From positions 1 through 64,000 of IMG/VR virus record IMGVR_UViG_3300037486_000510: DNA of 64,000 bases. One strand, given 5' to 3'. Made by a program: the position numbers and the translations under genes. The DNA is from a virus (taxonomy: Duplodnaviria; Caudoviricetes). This document shows positions 1-7,244 of this stretch, piece after piece. Position 1 is the first letter of the stretch; every line of letters starts with the position of its first letter. The notes under the pieces were generated by a model, which saw nothing but the letters and a program-made list of their open reading frames with translations, ran no database searches and was not told the DNA's origin.

Positions 1-259
1 GTTCTCTATATTCACCATTATATATGTGTGATAAAATTTGTTTTATCTTTGACAAAAGTTTTGGATTTCCTACATCTATACTGCCATTATTATTAATCTT
101 ATAGTTAATAATCTTATTTTCAGTATGTTGACCGCTAGAACCGTTCATAAAATTTATCCAATTATCAATTAAAACTTTTAAACCAATGCCAATATCGGTA
201 ATTGGATCCGATTCTTCAGTAAATTTTTCATTAATAATATATTCTCTAACTAATTTCAT
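1..259 (-). CDS. Leader-family protein, truncated at window start (not in ORF track)
   Basis: Manual translation from ATG at 259 (overlaps upstream TAA as TAATG): MKLVREYIINEKFTEESDPITDIGIGLKVLIDNW..., open to position 1. Confidence 0.8.
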   Translation of the reverse strand, partial: MKLVREYIINEKFTEESDPITDIGIGLKVLIDNWINFMNGSSGQHTENKIINYKINNNGSIDVGNPKLLSKIKQILSHIYNGEYRE

Positions 260-1041
260 TAAATTTTCTTTGCATATTTTACAAATATATCATAATATTC
301 TTCTGGAATTTTGTAATAAGTATCATCATTCATTAAATCTTTAGGAAGCATTATCATGTAAACACCATAATCCCCTTGTCCACCATATTGCGATTGTGCT
401 CTTATTTTCATTATTGGAATCATCTGTAAATCAGATGGATTAAATTTATCAATTTTAACAATATTTTCTGTTCCTAATTTGTCTTCATAATATTTTTTAC
501 CATTTACAGTTACTGGAACTTTTTCAGTAAATCCTATAAATACATAAACATTATTATCTTCGTCTTCTTTTGCTTGTTTCTTTGTTCTTTTTAATTTATA
601 TATGCAAAGTTTTGCTTTTTGTAAATCAGATTTTGCTTGGTTATATCTAATATGATTATGATCAAGAGGCACATCTAAAGATTTTTCTATAATTAATTGT
701 ATTTGTTCAACCGTTAATCCATCTGCTCGAGCCTGTTCAATAAGTTGTGCTATATCTAATTTTGATTTATTCAAATTATGTAATAAAACTTTTTGAGCAA
801 ATGGAAAATATTTAAGTTGAATTTTTATGAACTGAGATATATCTAAATGATATGGTAAAAGATGATAAACACCGTCACTGAGAAAAAAAGTACCGTCATT
901 CTCAAACTCAATAGATTTTTTGGTTAAACCCAACGATGGTAATTCTTTAAGAACTTGCGCCTTTATTCCAATTCCCATATCTTCTATAGGATCGCCTTCT
1001 TCAGTGAATTTTTCACTAATATTTTCTCTAACTATTTTCAT
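259..1041 (-). CDS. Leader-family hypothetical protein (putative internal head protein)
   Basis: 260 aa; begins MKIVRENISEKFTEEGDPIEDMGIG. Confidence 0.7.
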   Translation of the reverse strand: MKIVRENISEKFTEEGDPIEDMGIGIKAQVLKELPSLGLTKKSIEFENDGTFFLSDGVYHLLPYHLDISQFIKIQLKYFPFAQKVLLHNLNKSKLDIAQLIEQARADGLTVEQIQLIIEKSLDVPLDHNHIRYNQAKSDLQKAKLCIYKLKRTKKQAKEDEDNNVYVFIGFTEKVPVTVNGKKYYEDKLGTENIVKIDKFNPSDLQMIPIMKIRAQSQYGGQGDYGVYMIMLPKDLMNDDTYYKIPEEYYDIFVKYAKKI

Positions 1042-1500
1042 TTATTTAGCAGATATAATATTTGGTTTAAAATATTTTTTATATTCTTCTTTTATTTTAA
1101 ATCTAACTTTCCATGATATTTTATAATCTGTAAAAACATCATAAAAACATTCTGAAATTCCTGCGTTATTAATTAAATCAATCGCATAATTTTTTCTATT
1201 TATTTTTTTAGGTTCACCGTTGTTGTATCTTTCTGTTTGACTATAAAGTGTATCGCTATAAAAATGAATTACAAAATAATTTCCTGTTTTAGCCTGTTGA
1301 TTTCTGCCAACAGCGCCCGTTATTTCTATATAATGTATATTTCCGCCCGTAGCACCATAAATAAAATGATTTTTAGAATCTTCGCGTATAATTCCTTTTA
1401 TTGTATTTTCCATATTTCCTAATATTCCAATTCCCATATCATTAATAGGATCTTCGCTATCATGAAACTTTTCATTAATATGTTCTCGCACCAATTTCAT
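1042..1500 (-). CDS. Leader-family hypothetical protein (putative internal head protein)
   Basis: 152 aa; begins MKLVREHINEKFHDSEDPINDMGIG. Confidence 0.7.
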   Translation of the reverse strand: MKLVREHINEKFHDSEDPINDMGIGILGNMENTIKGIIREDSKNHFIYGATGGNIHYIEITGAVGRNQQAKTGNYFVIHFYSDTLYSQTERYNNGEPKKINRKNYAIDLINNAGISECFYDVFTDYKISWKVRFKIKEEYKKYFKPNIISAK

Positions 1501-3278
1501 TAATCATTAATTACTTTTAACATCTGACCAGACCAGTATCTATATTCTGATAAAATATTATTCATTGTACTATGAGTTGCATGTGGAGTTAATTCAAGTA
1601 ATAAAGTATAATTATTATCTTCTATTGCTCTAAATGCTGGCAATCTATCTTCATTATCTAATTCTCCTACATTAAATTTATCTTCAACGTTTATGCGGCC
1701 TCCCATAATTTCTTCTTCAAAAAATAATTGAATAGTTATTTCAGATTTTTTTCCTTTATCTGTAATAATTACCATTGGTTCAAAATCTGGTCTACAATAT
1801 TGAAATATTTCAGTTATATTCCATGATTCTAACAACCCAAATGCAGGAACTAATGCATTATTTTCATTCATTATAGCTTGCATTTGAGCTTTTGTTATAT
1901 CATCTGAAGCATGAAAATCCTTTCCTTCAATGCGATATTTATTGCTTATTGCAAATAAAATAACAGGAGCATTCCACATATCATGAATCCTAATTATATT
2001 AGTCATCTGAGCTGTTGTAAAAGGTTCAAATGTTGTAAGATATACAGCGCATGGTTTGGATCCTCGTTGAACGTCTCTTATTTGAGGTTCGAACGCTTTT
2101 TGAATAGATGCTATAACTCTCATATTATCAACATCTGTAGGATTTCTTTTATTAAACGCGTCAACTACAATGTTTTCTGAACGAGATTCATTTAAAATTG
2201 TCGAATTATCAAATTTATTTATATAATTATTTATAAGATAAACATATGAATTAAATTTTTCTATTATAGATTCTGTTAATAATCCATAAGGCTTTTTGTA
2301 TTTTCTAAACGATGAAATAAAAACTTTAAATAAAGATTCATAAATAGGAGAACTTTCAACCCACTTTAATGTATCTGAATTAGTAATAAATTTTTTATTT
2401 AATTTACCGTGATATCCAAATTGCGGAGGATTTAAATATTTTGCTTCTATGTTTTCATTTACCGTACGAATAGCGCAATATTTATTGAAAATATCACACA
2501 TAATATTTAAATATAGTTGATCCTTTGTTTCAGCTTCCATTATTGGAATATTATAATCAGATAAGAATTCACTTAAGTCTGAAATAACTATATCATAAAA
2601 ATCTCGAGATTCATTTGCTTTTTCATATGCTTCATTAAGTAATTCAAATTCATAAGAAACAATTTGAGTCAATTTATCTTTTGATTTAATTACAATACCT
2701 TCTATGATGTCTTCTCTTGAATATGAAGCATTAAAAACTTTTTCAATCATTTTTGAAAATGTCATAGATTCACCATCATATTGTTTTGTATCATAAGCAA
2801 TAAGAAGTTTCTTTTGTTCTTCGTTTAATTTGCCTTCAAACAAAATAGGTGGTCTTCCCATGCATAAAATAGAAGCCCATTCTCTAACTGAATCATAATC
2901 ATAAGATTCAATTATTTTATCATTAATGCGTTTACTTACATCAGTTAAAATATATTTTGGCAATTTTGAATATGGAATTCTTATTGGACGTTCAACTGGA
3001 GTATAATATAATCCAAAAAATAATCCTTCGGGTATTTTTGCATCTTTAGTAATGATAGGTATTTCTATCATTGCATCCTCGTAGATATCTGTTAAAGTTC
3101 TTTCAATTAAATTAATTGGGGTGTTATCTTTTTTGTAAAAAAGTATTTCGTCTCCCTTTTTTTCAAAAATTAATCTATACGTATCTATTTTTTCAGTAAT
3201 TACAACACGATCTTCTAAGAGATCGTTTACGAATTTTTTCCCTTTTTTTTCTAGGGTTTTTGCTAACGTGTTTAACAT
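1500..3278 (-). CDS. Ligase-fold N-terminal domain fused to cytidylyltransferase-like domain, catalytic motifs degenerate
   Basis: TEKIDT resembles ligase motif I (KxDG), EGIVIK motif IV; C-terminal FEPFTTAQ resembles GRFQPFHxGH of HIGH-family nucleotidyltransferases. Confidence 0.5.
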   Translation of the reverse strand: MLNTLAKTLEKKGKKFVNDLLEDRVVITEKIDTYRLIFEKKGDEILFYKKDNTPINLIERTLTDIYEDAMIEIPIITKDAKIPEGLFFGLYYTPVERPIRIPYSKLPKYILTDVSKRINDKIIESYDYDSVREWASILCMGRPPILFEGKLNEEQKKLLIAYDTKQYDGESMTFSKMIEKVFNASYSREDIIEGIVIKSKDKLTQIVSYEFELLNEAYEKANESRDFYDIVISDLSEFLSDYNIPIMEAETKDQLYLNIMCDIFNKYCAIRTVNENIEAKYLNPPQFGYHGKLNKKFITNSDTLKWVESSPIYESLFKVFISSFRKYKKPYGLLTESIIEKFNSYVYLINNYINKFDNSTILNESRSENIVVDAFNKRNPTDVDNMRVIASIQKAFEPQIRDVQRGSKPCAVYLTTFEPFTTAQMTNIIRIHDMWNAPVILFAISNKYRIEGKDFHASDDITKAQMQAIMNENNALVPAFGLLESWNITEIFQYCRPDFEPMVIITDKGKKSEITIQLFFEEEIMGGRINVEDKFNVGELDNEDRLPAFRAIEDNNYTLLLELTPHATHSTMNNILSEYRYWSGQMLKVIND

Positions 3279-3297
3279 TTTTTATATTTTAGTTTAT

Positions 3298-3741
3298 TTA
3301 TTTAAAAATTGAACCGGTTACATTACAGTATTTTAATATATCCTTTTTTGTAAATTTTTTCAAATTATCGTGACAAAAAAAGTTGTGTACTACTTTTGGA
3401 GCGTATTTTAATGACTTTAATTTATTATTACTACAAGAAAACATTCCATGAACTTCGTAGGGACATCCTCGCAAAGTTGTAAAATTGTTGCGCTGAATAG
3501 AAAAATTACCGTCAATTTTATTAAATTGAATATAATCCGGAAAATTTTCTCCTATTTTATAATTACTTATAATAACAGAACCGTGTACATCTATGGTCAT
3601 ATTTTTTTTTATTACATAATCTTTGATTCTCATTTCATCTAACCATTTTTTTATTATGGTCTTTTTTCCAATTCCCATATCTTCAATAGGATCAGAATAT
3701 TCTGTAAACTTTTCATTAATATGTTCACGAACTATTTTCAA
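3298..3741 (-). CDS. Leader-family protein with short LRR-like repeats
   Basis: TTG start; MKIVREHINEKFTEYSDPIEDMGIG then NNFTTLRGCP and NNKLKSLKYAP repeats. Confidence 0.65.
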   Translation of the reverse strand: MKIVREHINEKFTEYSDPIEDMGIGKKTIIKKWLDEMRIKDYVIKKNMTIDVHGSVIISNYKIGENFPDYIQFNKIDGNFSIQRNNFTTLRGCPYEVHGMFSCSNNKLKSLKYAPKVVHNFFCHDNLKKFTKKDILKYCNVTGSIFK

Positions 3742-3747
3742 TAAATC

Positions 3748-3763
3748 TTTATTTTATATATTC
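3748..3763 (-). promoter_or_regulatory. Late-promoter-like motif GAATATATAAAATAAA
   Basis: Recurrent motif shortly upstream of starts; here 7 nt before the 3741 start. Confidence 0.65.
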
Positions 3764-3764
3764 A

Positions 3765-3789
3765 ATAAAAAAGGGACCAATGGTCCCTT
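3765..3789 (-). terminator. Rho-independent terminator
   Basis: AAGGGACC-ATT-GGTCCCTT followed by T-tract, just downstream of the 3811 stop. Confidence 0.75.
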
Positions 3790-3810
3790 ATATTTAAGAT
3801 TTTTTAGTTT

Positions 3811-4005
3811 TTAAATTCCGTATCCTTTATTTTTCTTTTTAGTTTCTTTTGGTTTACTAAAGTTTTTTCCAGATAATATACAATATATAAATTTAATTAC
3901 ATTATATGCTAGTCCGCTTAAGAAAAATAATAAGAAAGCATATACTACATAAAGCCATTTTTCTCCAGCACCCGGAAGATTTATTAAATATATAAAATCA
4001 ATCAT
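3811..4005 (-). CDS. Small membrane protein
   Basis: 64 aa with hydrophobic segment WLYVVYAFLLFFLSGLAY and basic tail; tiles with neighbours. Confidence 0.6.
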   Translation of the reverse strand: MIDFIYLINLPGAGEKWLYVVYAFLLFFLSGLAYNVIKFIYCILSGKNFSKPKETKKKNKGYGI

Positions 4006-4553
4006 TATTTAGATTTTACTTTTACAAAATATTTTCTTTTAGGCTCTGTACTTTCTCTAAGTTCTTTATTAATGTTAGAAGTAAACTCTTCCAGAGATCT
4101 ATTAAATGATTCAGAAATTATGGTAGTTATCATATCTGGTGTTAAAATATCATTAAGATTTGAAGCATTAAGTTGTTTATACATTTCATCTATAACATCA
4201 TAGAGTTTGAATTTTAGATTTGATTGTCTTATAGTTTCATTTATAACTGCGGCAGATTTAATTCTTAAGAAATTTTTCTTTTGAATAGCAGTTGAATTTT
4301 CATTAAGACTCATTGAACGTTTTAGTAAGAATTTTTCTCCTTTTTCGCTTACTCCACTTTCTTCAGACCAATAACCGTTGAGTTCACTTAGAAAAGACAT
4401 TTGTGAATTTTCATCAAGATCACGTACAGATGCAAGTCCATAATGTTCAAGCATTGCATTATAAATATTCTTAAAACCATCCAATACTTTGTTTTCCTGA
4501 AGTATCTCAGCTTCATTTATCTTTTCTTTATAAATTTCAGAAAATTTCTTCAT
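4005..4553 (-). CDS. Hypothetical, possible prohead core/scaffold-type protein
   Basis: Helical, acidic, repeated (I/L)xE motifs (KINE, ILQE, SLNE, VINE); late-promoter motif upstream. Confidence 0.4.
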   Translation of the reverse strand: MKKFSEIYKEKINEAEILQENKVLDGFKNIYNAMLEHYGLASVRDLDENSQMSFLSELNGYWSEESGVSEKGEKFLLKRSMSLNENSTAIQKKNFLRIKSAAVINETIRQSNLKFKLYDVIDEMYKQLNASNLNDILTPDMITTIISESFNRSLEEFTSNINKELRESTEPKRKYFVKVKSK

Positions 4554-4561
4554 AGTAATAT

Positions 4562-4577
4562 TTTATTTTATATATTC
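4562..4577 (-). promoter_or_regulatory. Late-promoter-like motif GAATATATAAAATAAA
   Basis: Identical to the 3748 copy; 9 nt before the 4553 start. Confidence 0.65.
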
Positions 4578-4604
4578 ATGACTTTTATGATAGTTTTAAA
4601 AGTT

Positions 4605-5240
4605 CTACTCATGTTTATAACCTATATAATGACCATTTTTATTAAGGATTTCTATATTATTTCTTAATTTTTCATTATTTAATTTATTTATTTCTTCGGT
4701 ATCAAGAAATGGAATTTGAATAATAGGGCTTGCAGACGGGGAATAACGGGTATCTTTCAAAGAATCTAAATATTTTTTAATAGCTTCAGGTGAATATTTT
4801 TTATTAAAAGCATTTTCTTTTCTTTTTTGTTTAACTTCTTCAGTTGTTAAAAGTAACCCGCATCTTTCTTTAGCATATGCGTAATCTTTCGAAGATATTT
4901 TATATGCTTCCTTTTTATTTTTTATAAGTGACATCATATAAAAAGCATATAAAATTTTAGTATTATTAGGATAAATATATGTTAATAATTTATGACATAT
5001 ATAATGTTCTCTCGGTATCAATAAAACTATATTTTCTTTTTTATTGTTACCCTCTAAACATTTTGGAATAATATGATGTTTTTCATATTGTATTCCGTTA
5101 TGATTAATTCTATTTTCGTTTAAGGCGTTTTCTATTATTTTATTATATACTTTTTGATGATCCATAAATATTTTTATTGTATATATTAACATTTTTAAGA
5201 AGTTTGGCACAATTTTTTTACTAATAAAGGATATAAACAA
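4605..5240 (-). CDS. HNH homing-endonuclease-like protein (probable true start 5165)
   Basis: YEKHHIIPKCLEGNNKKENIVLLIPREHYICHKLL is a typical phage HNH motif. Confidence 0.8.
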   Translation of the reverse strand: MFISFISKKIVPNFLKMLIYTIKIFMDHQKVYNKIIENALNENRINHNGIQYEKHHIIPKCLEGNNKKENIVLLIPREHYICHKLLTYIYPNNTKILYAFYMMSLIKNKKEAYKISSKDYAYAKERCGLLLTTEEVKQKRKENAFNKKYSPEAIKKYLDSLKDTRYSPSASPIIQIPFLDTEEINKLNNEKLRNNIEILNKNGHYIGYKHE

Positions 5241-5258
5241 CTAAAAAAATAAAACATT

Positions 5259-5576
5259 ATGAAAAAACTATTACTTTTATTAACAGCAGTACTTATTACA
5301 ATTTCTTTGTCAGCTAGACATTTTAATCACAGATTAACAGCAGAAGATAAAGAAGTATTTGAAACTCTTATGTATTTAAGATCTCAAGGAGATATTATAT
5401 TACCCGAAATTCATGTATACGCATCTCAAGATACTACAAAAAAGATGATGAAGAGCGATACTACTAAATGTATTACACAATGCCCCAAAGACACACACAA
5501 CAAAGAAATGAAACAACATAAAGAAATGAATCATGGAGAGAAATCTACGAATTCTTCTGTTCCTATTAAAAAATAA
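5259..5576 (+). CDS. Exported hypothetical protein
   Basis: Signal peptide MKKLLLLLTAVLITISLSA; on the strand opposite the surrounding block. Confidence 0.65.
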   Translation: MKKLLLLLTAVLITISLSARHFNHRLTAEDKEVFETLMYLRSQGDIILPEIHVYASQDTTKKMMKSDTTKCITQCPKDTHNKEMKQHKEMNHGEKSTNSSVPIKK

Positions 5577-5593
5577 CTAAAATAATAACCGCC

Positions 5594-6805
5594 ATGAAAA
5601 AATTATTCTTATTAATCGCGTTCTCAATTATCTCTATGATAATGATCGGCCAAAACGATACGGCAATGACCGATTATGAGAAGTATTATTACGCAAAGGA
5701 AGCAGCATTGCTTTCGCCTACAAGTATTCCTGATACTATTCGTGATACAGTTTATGTAAAATCAGCACCTGTAGAAAACGACGATTTGTATTACATTCCT
5801 ACTAAAGAAGATGTTAAAAATAAAAAGGAAATGATTCGTCTTGAAAAGAAACAAATACAAATGGAACAAAGCGCGGCATATTACGATGCGTATGAGGAAG
5901 TATATGAAGATTTTTATTATAGCACATTAATAAATCGATTCAGCTATGGTTTTGGATTTTCATATTATACTCCATATTGGTCAATAGGATATGGTTATTA
6001 CGACCCATGGTACACACCATATTGGGGATTTAACTGGGGATGGGGATATCCATACTACAACTATCCTTATTATGGTTATGGATGGGGTTATCCTTCATAT
6101 CCATATTATCACTATCCTTACTATCATGATGATTATTATCATCATGATAACTATTACGGAAGTGGCGGCTATCCTACAAATAATCATATGACTCAGCGAA
6201 GACAAACACCTTCAACGTCTATAAGAACAATACAAAAAACTTCTATACACAATAATGTGAAAGCGGCTATACCTCAACAATCAACTCATGGAAGAAGAAT
6301 TGAAAGCGGAACAGTTAGTAGAATGACACAACAAAGTACTGTGCAAAAACAAGCACCTACAACAAAGCCTATGTATAATCAAACTCAACGAAGAGAAGGC
6401 TACACACCTACATATACAAGACCAAATATGAGTAAAACTCAACCGTATAATACTACAAATCATTTTCAGAGTGAAATTCGTAATACTGAAAACAAATCTA
6501 ATACATACTCTGCTCCTATAGAACGTAAAAGTACATCTACACAAACAAGAAGTACATATTCAGTACCAGCTAGAACACATGCACCTTCATATTCAACACC
6601 CTCAAAAACTAATTCAATGCCTTCGAGAAGTAGTGGATCAAGTTATTCTTCACCAAGCAGAAGTTCAGGTGGATCTAGCTATTCTTCGCCAAGTAAAAGT
6701 TCGGGTGGATCAAGTTATTCAGGAGGGAGTTCTTCTAATGGACATTCTTCAAGTTCAAATAGTTCTTCAAATAGTTCTTCGGGCGGATCACATAGTAGAA
6801 GATAA
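5594..6805 (+). CDS. Exported Tyr/Gly/Trp-rich protein with Ser-rich low-complexity tail, Bacteroidota-like
   Basis: Signal peptide ending IG|Q, DDLYY motif, YxxWGWGYPY repeats, SSGGSSYSSPS-type tail. Confidence 0.6.
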   Translation: MKKLFLLIAFSIISMIMIGQNDTAMTDYEKYYYAKEAALLSPTSIPDTIRDTVYVKSAPVENDDLYYIPTKEDVKNKKEMIRLEKKQIQMEQSAAYYDAYEEVYEDFYYSTLINRFSYGFGFSYYTPYWSIGYGYYDPWYTPYWGFNWGWGYPYYNYPYYGYGWGYPSYPYYHYPYYHDDYYHHDNYYGSGGYPTNNHMTQRRQTPSTSIRTIQKTSIHNNVKAAIPQQSTHGRRIESGTVSRMTQQSTVQKQAPTTKPMYNQTQRREGYTPTYTRPNMSKTQPYNTTNHFQSEIRNTENKSNTYSAPIERKSTSTQTRSTYSVPARTHAPSYSTPSKTNSMPSRSSGSSYSSPSRSSGGSSYSSPSKSSGGSSYSGGSSSNGHSSSSNSSSNSSSGGSHSRR

Positions 6806-6806
6806 C

Positions 6807-6834
6807 AAAAAGGAGAGTTTAAACTCTCCTTTTT
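6807..6834. terminator. Bidirectional terminator
   Basis: Perfect 28-bp palindrome AAAAAGGAGAGTTT/AAACTCTCCTTTTT between convergent genes. Confidence 0.8.
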
Positions 6835-7244
6835 TAATATGAATAATAAAATCCTACATCTACTTTTTTACAAATATTTGTAGTGTAATCCCATATCCAA
6901 ACTTTAATATTATTAAGTGCTGCAATAGTCATCAATCTTCTGATTTCTTTAACATCTTTTGTACTTTCTACAATTAGTAAAACTCCTGGCTTCTTGTCTA
7001 ATATTGTAGCATAATACAATGATTGTCCTATACTTTCAGCCCATTTATCTGCAAATTCAACTTCAATAGCAAAGGTATCATTAATAATATCTACTCTTGA
7101 TAAATCTGGTAAAACATATTCGGTTTCTGCTCCTATACTATCTGCAAAAAGATCTCTATAATAAGATTCTCTTTGTTTAGTTAATTGAGCAATACATGAT
7201 AAACTTATTAAAGATAATAAAATACAAATTATTATTTTTTTCAT
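6834..7244 (-). CDS. PD-(D/E)xK-like nuclease fold with N-terminal signal peptide
   Basis: Signal ending CIA|Q; SRVDII...AIEVEFADKWAESIGQSLYYA...PGVLLI pattern. Confidence 0.5.
   Translation of the reverse strand: MKKIIICILLSLISLSCIAQLTKQRESYYRDLFADSIGAETEYVLPDLSRVDIINDTFAIEVEFADKWAESIGQSLYYATILDKKPGVLLIVESTKDVKEIRRLMTIAALNNIKVWIWDYTTNICKKVDVGFYYSY

Noticed and set aside
5166-5258. Bacteroidota housekeeping promoter (TAnnTTTG) upstream of the plus-strand island
   Set aside because: Only partial matches (AAGTTTG) were found; not supportable.
6560-6805. Ser/Gly tandem repeats in the 403-aa ORF as a repeat element
   Set aside because: Degenerate coding low-complexity sequence, not a nucleotide-level array.
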